Part shown: positions 1 through 13,932 of the stretch, one piece after another
How the letters are laid out: the number at the start of each line of letters is the position of its first letter
How positions within the stretch are numbered: position 1 is the first letter of the stretch
Notes under the pieces: generated by a model
What the model was told of the DNA's origin: nothing
What the model saw: only the letters and a program-made list of their open reading frames with translations
Databases searched by the model: none
Assembly (NCBI GenBank): GCA_964016885.1
Contig: OZ024741.1
Coordinates: 154,566,001 to 154,630,000, forward strand
Direction: 5' to 3'
Length of the DNA: 64,000 nucleotides
Origin: Eledone cirrhosa
Taxonomy: Eukaryota
Made by a program: the position numbers and the translations under genes

Positions 1-277
1 AGAGCTAAGAAGGCCTCTACAACAACCATGCAAAATCCATTTTGAGAAAAATCTTTGCCTGCTTCCGACCCTAAAGGGGTCTTGTACCACCTTGCAAAAT
101 TTCTCTTGGTGGCCCTGCCCCTCTCTCTCTTCTCTGGTAGAAATTGGTTGTGTCCGACCAGGAGAGAGATCGGGCTCTGCCAGGTTTTAAAGGCCCATGG
201 CATGCCATATGTTATGACAGTGCCTCTATAATACCATCAGGATTTAAGAGCATGCTTGCATGCAGGCATATACTTTA

Positions 278-735
278 TCTACTGATTATATATATAGTTC
301 ACCTGTTGATTGAATATATAGTTCAGCTTTTGATTGATTAACATAGTATACCTGTTGACTGAATGTATAGTGCACCTGTTGACTGAATATATAGGCTACC
401 TGTTGACTGAATATATAGTTTATATTTAAGTGCCAAACCCTTCCCCAGACCTGCCAACCTCTAAAAACCCAAACGGGGAGTACTATGAAAAAAAGTGCCC
501 CAAAACAGGGAGAAATGAGGCAAAATGGGGAGATTTTACATAATGAAAGTTATACCCATTTTCACAAAAGAAGACATCTCTTATGGGTGGGAGATCTCCC
601 CATCGGATGGGGAGAGTTGTCAGTTCTGATATAGGTCACTTGCTAATTGAATGACATAGCACACCTGTTGATTGAATGATATAGTTCACCTGTTGATTGA
701 CTGACATCATACACCTGTTGATTGAATGACATACA
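278..735. repeat. Degenerate ~24-bp minisatellite (consensus ~ATATAGTTCACCTGTTGATTGAAT), interrupted by a MITE-like insert
   Basis: Repeated acctgttga(t/c)tgaat units at about 290-420 and 630-735. Confidence 0.7.
446..628. mobile_element. Putative MITE with imperfect ~13-bp TIRs (hAT-like CAG ends)
   Basis: Left end CAGACCTGCCAAC versus reverse complement of right end CAGAACTGACAAC (11/13 match). No clear TSD. Confidence 0.4.
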
Positions 736-949
736 TTTGAAACCAACTTTTACAGTGGTCTGTTTCATCTCTCTGTTAACCTCATAACCATACACCCATG
801 ATATCACACTAATAATCTCATACACAGATGATATCACACCCACAAGTACCCATGGTAGCACAGTCACAACACCCAGTGTATCACACTCAACACATGATAT
901 CATTCCTCAGATGCTGCTGCACAACTATTCCAACCTTATACAATCACCT

Positions 950-1340
950 GCAAGCTTGACTCCAGAACAGACTGACACAGACGCCCACACAGACATATAT
1001 ATACATACATATACATAGACACATATACAAACACACACCCACACCTACGCCAACAAATATCACAATAAACACATACAGCACACAGAAACATGCACACTTA
1101 CACAGATACACATACACACACACATACCTACATAGAGCACACATACACCTACACACCAACACACAGACACACATCACACAGAAACACACATATACACCAA
1201 CACACAGACACACACACAGGCCCACATCAACACAGAGGCACTCACACGAACACACAGACACACACACAGACATACACCAACACACAGGCTCATACAAATA
1301 CACAGACATACACACATACCAACACACAGACACACACATC

Positions 1341-1393
<53 letters not shown>

Positions 1394-2630
1394 CAACACA
1401 CAGACGCACACACCAACACAGAGACACACACACACACACATGCCAACACACCAAGACTGGCCCACACCAGTACACAGACGCACACACCAACACAGAGACA
1501 CACACACATGCCAACACACCAAGACTGGCCCACACCAGTACACAGGCACACACACCAACACAGATACACACACAAACACACAGGCTCACACTAACACACA
1601 GACAGACAGACAGACACACACACACACCAACACACAGAGGCACACCACTTACCAACACACAGACACACACACCAACACACAGGCACACACACACATGCCA
1701 ACACACCAAGACTGGCCACCACCAGTACACGGACACACACACTCACTCAGATACACACACAAACACAGGCTCACACTAACACACAGACACACACACACAC
1801 ACACACACCAACACAGAGGCACACACACACAGACCAACAGACACACACACACACAAACACACAGACTCACACTAACACACAATCAGACAGACACACACAC
1901 ACCAACACACAGACACACACACAGGCCTATACAAACACATAGATGCCTACTCAGACATACACCTACACACGAATGCCTACACATATGCACACCAACACAC
2001 AACCACCCACACAGCACACACACATACCAACACACACACATACACCATTACTGACGCCCACACAGCACACTCACCAACACACGATAAACACACACCTACT
2101 TATAACTCAGTAAACATACACACACACATACATACATACCTACTTACACAGCTTTAAACATACACACTTTCACCCGAGACACCCACACACAACTAGCTGC
2201 ACAACTGTTGACACACGCACACTTACATACACACACATAGCTACACACACCTAGCTACACAAGAGTAGAGTTCCCCACCTACACACACACACTTACATAC
2301 ACACACATACACACACACCTAGCAACACAAGAGTAGAGTTCCCCACCTACACACACACACACACATACACACACATAGCTACACACACCTAGATACACAA
2401 GAGTAGAGTTCCCCACCTACACACACACATACATACATAGCTACACACACCTAGATACACACGAGTAGAGGTCCCCACCTACACACAGCTAGCTACACAC
2501 ACCTACGCACAGCTAGCTACACAAATATAGACACACACGCCCACACACCTAGCTACACAACAGTAGATACATACACATACACACACTGAGTTACATAACA
2601 ATGGTAGTACAGCCGACCTACACACATACA
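950..2630. repeat. Degenerate (CA)n-rich array with internal higher-order repeats
   Basis: CA-rich sequence with 3 copies of acatgccaacacaccaagactggcc and 4 copies of gagtagag(t/g)tccccacctacac. Confidence 0.9.
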
Positions 2631-2708
2631 GTGAGAGAGGGAGAGAGAGATAGAGAAGGAAAGGAAAGAGAGAGAGAAAGAAAAGAAAGAGAGAGAGAAA
2701 GAAAAGAA

Positions 2709-2789
<81 letters not shown>

Positions 2790-2812
2790 CAGAGAGACAG
2801 AAAAGAGAGAGT

Positions 2813-2843
<31 letters not shown>

Positions 2844-3310
2844 GGAGACAGAGAGAGAGAGAGAGAGAGAGAGTGTATAAGTGATATCTAAACTTAATGA
2901 TATCAGTTACTATGTTAACAGTTATCACACAGCACCACCGCCAATGAACACCAACACCTACAGCATCAGTAGCAGTAACTAATCTCATTCACAATAAGAG
3001 AGAGAGAGTAGGAGAGAGAGAGAGTAAGAGAGAGAGAGAGGTAGATAGATAGATGGATAGACAGATAGATACCTTGAGCGATAGAGAGGCAGTATATGTG
3101 AGTATATGTGATATCTATAGCATAATGTTATCAGTCACTATGTGAACAGTTATCACGCATTACCACTACAACCACCAACAACAGCAACAGTAGTTAATCT
3201 CAGTTACAGAGAGAGGGAGAGAGAGGGAGAGAGAGGGAGAGAGAGAGAGGGAGGGAGAGGGAGAGGGAGATAGAGAGGGAGGGAGAGAGAGAGAGGGAGA
3301 GAGAGACAGT
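2631..3310. repeat. (GA)n-rich microsatellites separated by a repeated spacer (gtgatatcta...tatgttaacag)
   Basis: GA runs at 2631-2875, 2997-3070 and 3207-3306; related spacers at about 2880, 3108 and 3315. Confidence 0.85.
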
Positions 3311-3444
3311 ATTAGTGATATCTACAACCTAATATCAGCCCCTATGTTAACAGGTGCCATACACCAACAATAAATTTAATTACACACACCCACACACACA
3401 CACACATACACGCACATGATATTATTATTATTTCACCTCATGAT

Positions 3445-4505
3445 GCATCACCTGGCTTCAGTAAGGATGTGATCAATTTGGGGCAATTGAAAGCTTTTAA
3501 TAGGGTTGATCATTGCTACCTGGACGCAGTCCTCATAGTAGCCAGTTTTGGTGCTGCCTTTAGAGACTGGATCACCTCAAAGCACAACAGCATCTGCTTA
3601 GTGATCAGAGTAAATGGCCACCTATCAGAATCCTTTCAGATAATGTTGCCAATATCCTTTGCATGGGGAGTTGGGCATGCCATAGCTGATAATGTATAAA
3701 CATGTACTGAGACTTTGGCGTTTGCAGATATTCCTAAATGATGAACAGGTGTGGTCACCATTTGTTACGTAAGATTTCATGCAGCCCATCTCTTTGATTA
3801 AGCTGCAGTCTTAGATCAAGTGAAAACCAAGACTGGGTTCCTGGCATCTGGAATGTTGTCACAGCCCTCTATCAGTCTAGCAACGTGGTCAGTGGAAATA
3901 TAATATTAGCCTCCTATGGAGGAAAAGTAGTGGGCAAGGGCGATGGCATTCTTGGGGAAACTCTAGGCATCAACAAGAATGAACTAACCAGTCTGTTCCA
4001 GAGAACTTTTAGTCTGGGGATTATAGACATTTTCCAGAAATCCCTGGTTGGGCAGTGCTACTGGGGGATTACTACTTGTCCAAGATGTGTGCAGAGCAAC
4101 AAAACCATTCTGCATGCACTCAGCCAGTGTTCGGGCATGGTTGACTTGTGGAATTTTAACAAACTGCTATTGTCATATGTAAGATGGATCTGGCTATCAC
4201 CTGACTCCATCATGAAGATTGCCCTGCCGCCTTCTTTTGGCCAGTAAGGGCAAACAATTTTGCTTGGTGGCTATGGCGAAAGAGGTTGTGTGGTAGACGT
4301 GACTGAAAGGACTGGAAACAGACACCTCTTTGGCCAAGCTCTTATAAACTTTTTCAAATTCTATTTGAAAAGGAAGGTGAGGGTGGAGAGGGAAGTGCTG
4401 CCCCCCTCTCAGAACATTTGTTAAAACGTAGGTGAATGTAATGGGGAAGGCCCAAGTGAACCTACTCTGATCATGTACTAGAGAATGTAGTAAGGAGAGA
4501 GGCAT
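3445..4505 (+). pseudogene. Degraded, internally deleted 3' part of a Tx1/L1-clade LINE ORF2, related to 33709-37146
   Basis: INLGQLKAFNRVDHCYLDAVL matches INLDQSKAFDRVDHGYLDAVL; also FQKSLVGQCY and CPRC...HALSQC; stops and frameshifts. Confidence 0.85.
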
Positions 4506-5060
4506 ATGAGCCATATGAGCCTTTGCAGCAACCTTTCTGTTCTGCTGGAAGCAGGTTGTTTTTTCCAGTTGTGTAGTTAGTTTCTGAAATATTATTGCAG
4601 TTAGGGCCTGGGTTTTCTGTGTCATTATTCTTGGGAATCAGGGTCGTTTTCCCTTAAGAGAGCCAGTCAGGTGTTTTTTCTGGCTCTATCAGCATCTCAT
4701 TAAAGCCCCTTGCAAGTGCTCCATGTGTCCCTGATAAATATTTTAGCCACAAGTTGGGGACCTTGTCATGTCCAGGTGCCTTCCAGTTGCCTGTTTTTTT
4801 CATCTGTTGTAATGTCTTCCCACAATTGTTCATGTGCTGTATCTGATGTTCTTGCTAGTTTTGTACATGGTAATTCCCCTTCTCCTTCTGCCCATAATCT
4901 TCTCCAAAACTCTTCCACATCTTTTACTTTTGGTGCTACATTTACTTCTATTTTGCTCTTATTAAGTTCCTGGTAAAGTAATTTTGGGTTGGAGTGAAAT
5001 AGCTGGTTATGTTAAAAATACTTTTGGTGCATTTCATATCTTTGGATTCTTTGTGCTTTT
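4506..5060 (-). pseudogene. R4/Dong-like non-LTR retrotransposon RT remnant (T-rich sequence to ~5900 is probably its upstream part)
   Basis: Manual minus-strand translation: HNQLFHSNPKLLYQELNK...VEEFWRRLW...NWKAPGHDKVPNLWLKYL...PDWLS*GKTTLIPK...NNLLPAEQKGCCKGSYG. Confidence 0.7.
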
Positions 5061-6039
5061 GCAAGTATTTGTTGTTTTGGGCATTCCTTAGTCTCAGGGA
5101 TTTCCCTTTCTGTTATATTATATTTCTTTAGTATTTTTATTTTCTTTCCTATTCCCAGTTTTTTTTTCCTATTTCATTTAAGATTGAGAGATTTTTTTTT
5201 AGTTTTCTATCTTTTTTTGTATCTTTGATTTTCATGTTTGTGTGGGTTTTGTTTTTCTTGTTTGTTTAGATATAAGGGGGGTTACCACTTTCTTTTGTAA
5301 CACCAGTGGCTGTTGCATATAATATATTATTTAACCTTGTGATACTAATGTTTTTGTGTTTATTAAATCTTTGATGGCTGGATTAGTGTTTTTTATAATT
5401 GTTGTTTTATTATAAATTTTTATCTTTGGGAAGTGGATTCTTTGGTCCATAAGGAGATTTTCTATTGTTAGGAGATATTGGATTATTTCTAGCTTTATTC
5501 TATTGTGGTCTTCAATTTCGTCTTTAGGGTGCGTTTTCTACACCTTTCTCCTTGTATTACTTTACATTTCTATTGTTGGCTGTGTTCTCCTGAATCTGTT
5601 TTCGTTGGTCAGTTCTTTTTATGTCTTTTGTGTTGGGATTTGTTGTGTTTTGTTTACTTTATCTGTTTTGGGTATATTGGTTTTTTCTTTATGTTTTAAA
5701 TTTTCAATATTCAATAGTTGTTTTGTGTTTTCATTGTATATTTATTCTTTTATTTCCATGTCTAATTTTTGTTTGTTTTAATATGTATCTCCTTAAATTT
5801 GCTAGTTTGGTGGGGTCGAGTTTTAAATCAGAGAGTGGGTTGTTTTTATGCCAAATTTTGTGTGTGTTGAGTTTTCATTTTTAGGATATAGTGTTGCTAT
5901 AAAATATGCATGTAGAATCGAAACATATTCTTCATGTGTCCATTTGTGTCTTTTGATTTTATTGGTGGCACTTGAGGAGTAAAGCCTAGTCCTTCATTTA
6001 GAATGTTATCATTTTTGTTGAGTATCGGTCTTTGTGCTT

Positions 6040-6822
6040 CTAGATTTGTAAGTTTTTGCATGCAAATAAAGAGTTTTGGCAAACCATCTGCCGACTTCGT
6101 AAAAAGAAGCCCTCCCCCACACCTGTTATCAAGAATGTATATGGGGTTCTGCTCTCTTCAGAGAAGTGTTTCCTCATGAGGTGGAGAGAATACTGTACTG
6201 ATCTCCTAAACTCATTCACAACAACATCTGATGTACTTGAGGTGCATCTGGGAGTGGTGACTAATCTCTCGGAGGCTGAGGTCACCAGAGCAGTTAAAGA
6301 GCTCAAATGTGGCAAAGCCACTGGGGAAGATGAAATCTGACTCAAGATGTTAAAAGCTTTAAATAGAGAAGGTATTCTCTGGCTGACTAATGTGTGCAGA
6401 GTGGCCTGGATCTCTGGAAGGCCACCTAAGCATTGGCAATCGGGAGTGATAATCCCAATTTTCAAAAAGGGAGACAAGAGAGATTGTTCCAATTATAGAG
6501 GGAGCTTGTTAAGCCTCCCCAGTAAAATCTATGTTAAGTGACTGTCAAAGAGATGCAAGGAGATTGTTGAGTCCAAGCTAGCTGATGAACAGTGTGGCTT
6601 TTGCCCCAGATGCAGCACAGCTGACCAAATATTCACATTGCAGCAGGTCTTCGAGAAATCGTGGGAGTATGTTGATCTTGAAAAGGCATATGACCACATT
6701 CCTCGAGACTTGCTTTGGAAGGTTATGCAGGAGCATGGGATCGGTGGTCAGCTTCTTGCTGCTCTGATGTCTCTATACAAATGCCTGAGTATTTGTGTTC
6801 AGATAAATGGTGGTAAATCAAT
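6040..6822 (+). pseudogene. RTE-clade LINE RT fragment
   Basis: KCGKATGEDEI*, WQSGVIIPIFKKGDKRDCSNYRG, VDLEKAYDHIPR; stops and frameshifts. Confidence 0.85.
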
Positions 6823-7137
6823 ATGGGGGTCAGACTACAATAATTCTAGTAAATATCTCCAAATTCTTCAATAATTGATTCAAATACAATGTATTTAATT
6901 AGAATTATAGCCACAAGAGAGATAAAAAGGTGATTTTTGTTAATGATGTGGTAATCTTATATTTGGCATATCATGAAAGGGAATGATGATTTGATCAGAG
7001 ACACACACTGTATTTAAGGTTGAGTGACGCAACTTCGAGTGATTAGTGGCCTTTAGACTCACCTGATCAATGAAACAATTGTTGATACTGTAAAAAAAAC
7101 CTTTTTGTACAGCCGACCATGTTATTCTTCATTCTTC

Positions 7138-7172
<35 letters not shown>

Positions 7173-7173
<1 letters not shown>

Positions 7174-7360
7174 ATTGTTTCTACTTTAGGCACAAGGCCA
7201 GCAATTACCCAGTGCATTACTGGTACTTTATTTTATCGACCCCGTAAGGATGAAAGGCAAAGTCAACCTCGACGGGATTTGAACTCAGATCGTAAAGGGA
7301 CGTAACTATGCTGGAAAGCATGGCGTCCGACTCTCCACCGATACTGCCAATCCACCGCCC
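7173..7360 (-). mobile_element. tRNA-derived SINE family 1 (central domain resembles the Meta-type conserved domain)
   Basis: A box TGGCAGTATCGG, B box GAGTTCAAATCC, core GACTTTGCCTTTCATCCTTACGGGGTCGATAAAA; 4 copies in the window. Confidence 0.8.
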
Positions 7361-7369
7361 TATATATAT

Positions 7370-7666
7370 ATATAATAATAATAGAGAGACGGTTTTAATA
7401 AAAAGAGAGACGGTTTTATTTGTACATCTTCATTTTATTATCTAATTAGTTATATAACAGCCACTGCATCTTTGAAATACGTATAATGAATTAGATAATA
7501 AAATGAAGATGTATGAATAAAACCATCTCTCTTATTTATTATAGTAAAACTCTGGGTGATACCTTATGGAGAAAATCATATCGAATACAAATTGTAGAGT
7601 GCTTCACATCTGTTTAGGAAAAAGTCGCCAGATTTCTTTTATCAACCAACTTTCATCAACTGAATT
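7370..7666 (+). mobile_element. Fold-back PLE-end module (inverted arms plus tail)
   Basis: Arms about 7401-7455 and 7482-7533; remnant HHR 3' half GAAATACGTATA; tail ACTC..TA-GAGT at 7549-7600; flanked by TA. Confidence 0.55.
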
Positions 7667-7682
7667 ATATATATATATATAT

Positions 7683-8192
<510 letters not shown>

Positions 8193-8361
8193 GGTTTGAG
8201 GTTCACCACTGGATAGAGCTGGTCAATTCCGTATGGTCAATCTCAATGTAATAATATAGAAAGTACTCAACGTAAAGCAGTTCAACCGTCTTTGTTTTTG
8301 TAGTTGGTGAAGGATTTACACAAATCCAGCCTCCTGTCATTTCATTATATATATATATATA

Positions 8362-10274
8362 TACTCTTTTACTCTTTTACCTGTTTCAGCCATCCGGCTG
8401 AGGCCATGCTGGGGCACCACCCTTGTTGCTACACATTTTATCTCCAGCCTGTATAGGTTGGCCACTGGTGTAAGAGGGAGTTTGTTGCTGCTGCCCTTAG
8501 GTTTCCCTCGTGTCTTGCTGTGGGCTCATCCGGGATCCTGGATAACAAGGTGTCGAGATGTTTCTTAAAGACATCCACCTCCATGTCATGCAAGTCTCGC
8601 AGATGCCTCGGCAGCCTGTTGAAGAGTTGAGGGCCCTTGAATCCCAGGCTATTGCAATACCTGCTCCTTATTCTAGATGTGGAAGACGGGACCTTTGGCA
8701 CCACACAGTGATGTCCTGTTCGACGGTTGGTCCAGCTCCCAATGCCAAAGTTTGGTGCTAGTCCCTCCAGGATTTTCCACATGTAGATCACTGCGTATCT
8801 CTCCCGTCTTCGCTCCAAGGAGTAGAGGTTCAGTTCCTTTAGCCTCTCCCAGTAGCTTGTCTCCCTCATCTTGGCAATCCTCTTGGTGTAGCTTCGCTGG
8901 ATTGCCTCAAGCTCCGTGGTTAGTTTGACACTATGGGGTGACCACAACTGGGAGCAGTAGTCCAGGCGGCTTAGGACAAAAGTCCTCCACAGTGTCAACA
9001 TGGTGTCTCGATCTCTTGTCCGGAAAGTCCTCAAGATCCAGCCAGCGAGTCGTCTGCACATTGTCGCCACTTTCATGATGTGTGAAGAAAAAGATGCATC
9101 ATCGCTCATGTCTATGCCCAGGTCTCGTATCGATTTTGACACGGGGATATCGGTCCCTCCTGGTCCTGTGTAGCTGTGTTCCACTATATTTGTGTTTGCA
9201 GGTTTGTATTGTAGGGCTTGGAATTTGCCAGCATTAAACTGCATGTTGTTTTCTTCCGCCCATCTGTATATGGCATCCAGATCCTGCTGTAAAAGGGCAG
9301 CGTCAGCTGGGTTTTTGATTACCTGTGCTACCTTAGTGTCATCAGCATAGCTAGTGAGGGATGTTGTTGCATGCACCACAGAGGGCATGTCCGAGAGAGC
9401 CACCAAAAACAGTAGTGGTCCCAGTACTGTCCCCTGGGGCACCCCACTTGTTATCGGTGTTTCCCTCGAGAGGACCCATTTGCTGCGACTGCCTGGCTTC
9501 TGTCCCTTAGGAAGCCATGCAGCCACTCACCTACTTTTCCAGTTATGCCGAGTCCGTGTAGTTTGTGACATATCATTCCGTGGTCGACCTTGTCAAAGGC
9601 CTTCGCAAAGTCAAGATATATCACGTCCACATGTGAGCTGTCTAGTAGTTGTCTCAGTACCCAGTCGTAGTGATGTAGCAGCTGTGTAAGGCAGCTTCTT
9701 CCTGGGCGGAAGCCATGTTGCGTGCTAGTCAGGCGGTCATTTTCTTCGAGGAAAGTGATTAGTTTCTTTCTGACGACTCGCTCCATGACCTTACTGATAT
9801 GCGACGTCAGGGAGACTGGCCTATAGTTCTTGGCCTCCGCTCTACTACCTCCTTTATGGATAGGGCATATTGTGTCTTCTTTCAGCTTCCTGGGTAGTAC
9901 ACCGCTAGCCAAGGAGCTTTTGAAGAGCATCTTCAGTGGAGTTGCTAAGGCCCGCTTACATATTTTTAAGAGAACTGCTGGGAATCCATCAGGTCCAGCA
10001 GCCGAGTCTGTTCTAATTTCATCAATGGCGTACACCACATCCTCCTCCGTTATGTCTATGTGGTTGATGGTTGCCATTTCTTGATGTAGTGTTGTGGCAT
10101 CAAAGAACTCCTCTGGCTTCGTTATTTGCATGTGCCTCAGTGGACATGTGAACACACTTTTGTACTGTTCGTTCAGTATTTCACATATCTCTTGGGGGTT
10201 TTCGGTTAATGAACCGTCCGTGTGGAAGAGTGGCCCAATCTTGCAGTGTACTGAGGCAGTTTCTTTTGCAAATT
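8362..10274 (-). mobile_element. 5'-truncated CR1-clade LINE (ORF2 RT and C-terminus, one frameshift near 9480)
   Basis: ORFs 9451-10272 ([35 protein letters not shown]) and 8438-9526 (SGVPQGTVLGPLLF, YADD, LYSLERRR); (GTAAAAGA)n tail; TA arrays on both sides. Confidence 0.92.
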
Positions 10275-10351
<77 letters not shown>

Positions 10352-10482
10352 GTATATATATATATGTATATGTATATATATATACATATATATATATGTA
10401 TATATATATACATATGTATATATATATATATGTATATATATGTATATATATATATATATGTATATATATGTATATATATATA

Positions 10483-10538
<56 letters not shown>

Positions 10539-10595
10539 ATATATATATGGAGGCACATATATATATATATATATATATGAAATATATATATATAT

Positions 10596-10797
10596 GGAGG
10601 CACATGGCTTAGTGGTTAGAGCATTGGCCTTGCAATCGAAAGGTTGTGAGTTCAATTCTCAGACCGGGTCATGTGTTGTTTCCTTGAGCAAGACACTTTA
10701 TTTCACATTGCTCCAGTTTACTCAGCTGTAGAAATGAGATGATAGGGACTGGAAAAAGCGGACGTAAAATGAAATGAAATGAAATGAATGAATGAAT
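10596..10797 (+). mobile_element. tRNA-derived CORE-type SINE
   Basis: A box TGGCTTAGTGG, B box GAGTTCAATTC, CORE-like TCCTTGAGCAAGACACTT, (TGAAA)/(TGAA)n tail. Confidence 0.8.
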
Positions 10798-10799
10798 AT

Positions 10800-10857
<58 letters not shown>

Positions 10858-10872
10858 GTATATATATGTATA

Positions 10873-11100
10873 GAAGGCGTGTGGCTGAGCGGTTAGAGAT
10901 TTGGATTCGCAATCAAAAGGTTGTGAGTTCGATTCCTGGACCAGGCAATGCGTTATGTCCTTGAGCAAGACACTTTATTTCACGTTGCTCCTTCTACCTG
11001 GGGTTGCGACCGATAGATAGTATTAGCAATTGGCAAGACCAACGGAAACATTGTTTCCTCGGTCCGATTTGACGAAAGTCGATCGATAAAAAAAAAAAAT
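10873..11100 (+). mobile_element. tRNA-derived CORE-type SINE, second copy with a different 3' part and A tail
   Basis: TGGCTGAGCGG, GAGTTCGATTCC, TCCTTGAGCAAGACACTT. Confidence 0.75.
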
Positions 11101-11334
11101 ATATGTATAATATGTATATATATATATGTATATATATGTATATATATATAATATGTATATATATATATGTATATATATGTATATATATGTATATATATGT
11201 ATATGTATATATGTATATATGTATATATATATGTATATATATATATATATGTGTGTATATATATATATGTGTATATATGTGTATATATGTGTATATATAT
11301 ATATGTGTATATATATGTATATATATATATAATG

Positions 11335-11366
<32 letters not shown>

Positions 11367-11494
11367 ATGTATATATATATATGTATATATATATATGTAT
11401 ATATATATATATAATGTATATATATATATATATATGTGTATATATATATATATGTGTATATATATATATATGTATATATATATGGATATATATA

Positions 11495-11527
<33 letters not shown>

Positions 11528-11528
11528 G

Positions 11529-11586
<58 letters not shown>

Positions 11587-11787
11587 TAAGTATGTACACA
11601 TACATACATATATGTATACAGACGTACAGTAGTATGTATATATATATACATACATGCACACATATATATATATGTACGTATGGATTCACCGAACATTTAT
11701 TATAATGCTCGGTGTGTTTGTAAACAAACATCCCGTATTAAGCCGTAGTGTCTAGCAACCATCGTTTGTTCAACACTGACAAAGGAA

Positions 11788-11828
11788 CGCTGTGCTAGTT
11801 TCAAGCTTATTAGCTATCGTCAGCAACG
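11788..11828 (-). ncRNA. Minimal hammerhead ribozyme-like motif (mutated cleavage triplet)
   Basis: CGTTG-CTGACGA-TAGCT AATA AGCTT-GAAA-CTAG-CA-CAGCG. Confidence 0.55.
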
Positions 11829-12190
11829 TATACCTTCCTGCCAGATTGTTGAACGTATATACTTACCTTATGCATATTAACGGCTGAGTAGCCCAATTTG
11901 CATATCGAGTGGGTTAATCGGCCGAGTGCACCGAAAACGATAAACGGAAAAAATGAAACGAATCCATACGTACATATATATATATGTGCATGTATGTATA
12001 TATATATACATACTACTGTACGTCTGTATACATATATGTATGTACGTGTACATACTTATATTTAAGTAACAGCCGTACTAAGAGTGGGAAATGAAATTTC
12101 GTTTCATTTTTTCCGTTTATATATATATATATAGAGAGAGAGAATAAGAAAATGTGAAGTAGTTGTAGATGTTAAAGTCCTTTATTGATA

Positions 12191-12267
12191 AGGCTGTGAT
12201 ATATATTTCAATGATGACTGGCCACGTGATTTCATGCAACCAGTGTCGTGATCTCATCAGACAGCTT
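12191..12267 (-). ncRNA. Type I hammerhead ribozyme
   Basis: GCTGT-CTGATGA-stem II-GAAA-TATATA-TC-ACAGC, followed by AATAAA. Confidence 0.75.
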
Positions 12268-12362
12268 CATTACATAATAAAGTTACATTCTCGAGGCAAT
12301 CCAAACTAAAACGACAAGGGAACGGACAAAGATGATGTTTTCGAACATCGCTTGATAGTAAT

Positions 12363-12545
12363 AATTGTTTCTACTTTTGGCACAAGGCCAGCAATTACCC
12401 AGTACATTACTGGTACTTTATTTTATCGACCCTGTAAGGATGAAAGGCAAAGTTAACCTCGGCGGGATTTGAACTCAGAATGGCAAGGGCCGTAACTCTA
12501 TGCATCAAAGCATGGAGCCCAATCCTCTACCGTTACTGCCAATCC
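12363..12545 (-). mobile_element. SINE family 1 copy
   Basis: Aligns with 7173-7360. Confidence 0.8.
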
Positions 12546-12566
12546 TAGTAATAATAATAGTAATAA

Positions 12567-12894
12567 CTAGCAGAATGGTCCGGCATTGCTCAGGATTTGC
12601 TCTAGGGTTCTTATATATTTGATGTATATTTATCCTTCTCGAGCCTCGTGAAATAAATACGTTTGTTTATATTTTGTTATTGTGTATGCAAAAATATCTG
12701 TACACGAATATATGAATAACAGTACAGAGAAGTACGGAATACCTCAGCCTCGGGTTGGTGTCTACATTTTGTGCTTATAAAAAAAAATTGTCTTACATTA
12801 CCAGGGTTTTTTTCTGTTTGAAGAAAATCAATACTTTATCGCGAAATAATTACTTTTGTTTATGTGTATGCAAAAATATCTGTACACGAATATA

Positions 12895-12944
<50 letters not shown>

Positions 12945-13419
12945 TAACAGATTAAAGTTTATGCAAAGAATTGCTGCTTTCACCCTTAACGGGATCTTCT
13001 GAAACTAAAATAATAAATCTGTGAACACAGAAAAATATTTCGAAAAACATTACACACTATATTCACATATATATACACACACACTATATATATACATATA
13101 TACACACACACACACACCGAGTCATAATGACGTAATGCAGACAGCCAGGCATACAGACAGATATTATAATGGCGCAAAGTTATATCTATGTATCTATCTA
13201 AAAAGAGAAATACTAAGAGAGAGAGAGAGAGAGAGAGATCGCTAAATCGCCTAATGCGGTCCCTAGAGCATTGAAAATTTGAAATTTGTTTTGCTCAAAA
13301 CACTCACGGGACCATAAGTATTACATGTGTAAAGTTTGAAAAAATTCGGTTGGGTGGTTCTCGAGATTTAGTGATTGGACAGACAGACAAACAGACATTC
13401 TCTGTTTTAGTAATGTAGA
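12567..13419 (-). mobile_element. Non-autonomous Helitron (Lep1-like architecture)
   Basis: Minus strand starts A|TC followed by a (TGTC)n microsatellite, has subterminal hairpin-like CCTGAGCAATGCCGG and ends CTAG|T; inserted in a (TAA)-like run with no TSD. Confidence 0.7.
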
Positions 13420-13932
13420 TAATAGTAATAATAAATACAAAGACCAAAATCCAAAGAGGGCTCGATAAGGATTGTATATATATATATATATATATAAGTA
13501 TATATAAACCTGTAGAGCAAATCTTTATTATTAGTACAGATTAAAGTCTAAGCAAAGAATTTCTGCTTTCACCCAATACGGGATTTTCTGAAACTGTGAA
13601 AAATCAATCTGTTGACAGAGAAGCAAACATTTCAAAAAACGTTATGACAAAATATTGCCTTTAGAAAACTGGAAGCCATAACTGTGGTACATGAAGACAT
13701 TCTCTTGAGATGGTTGAAATATATGCAATGATAATTATGTCATTATCTGGAGTGAGAAAAACAAATTCTTACTATGGAAAAAAAATTGTGCTATGAAAAA
13801 AATCAGGAGACTAATATTCTTTTTAGAATAGCCGAATGATTGCCACCTACCATATATGGAAAATGATGTCAATAAAAATAAAATCATTAAACAAAAAAAC
13901 TGAAGGTATTAATACTAGTAAAAGTAATAGTA

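Noticed and set aside
278-735. CRISPR-like array
   Set aside because: Degenerate tandem units without unique spacers, no cas genes, and a eukaryotic context.
944-2988. His/Thr, Val/Cys and Glu/Arg-rich ORFs
   Set aside because: They are translations of (CA)n and (GA)n microsatellites.
6965-7090. Possible decayed HHR (TGATGA..TTGATCAG/CTGATCAA..GAAACAATTGTT), and a similar one at 13686-13730
   Set aside because: Core and stem I are too degenerate to support by eye.
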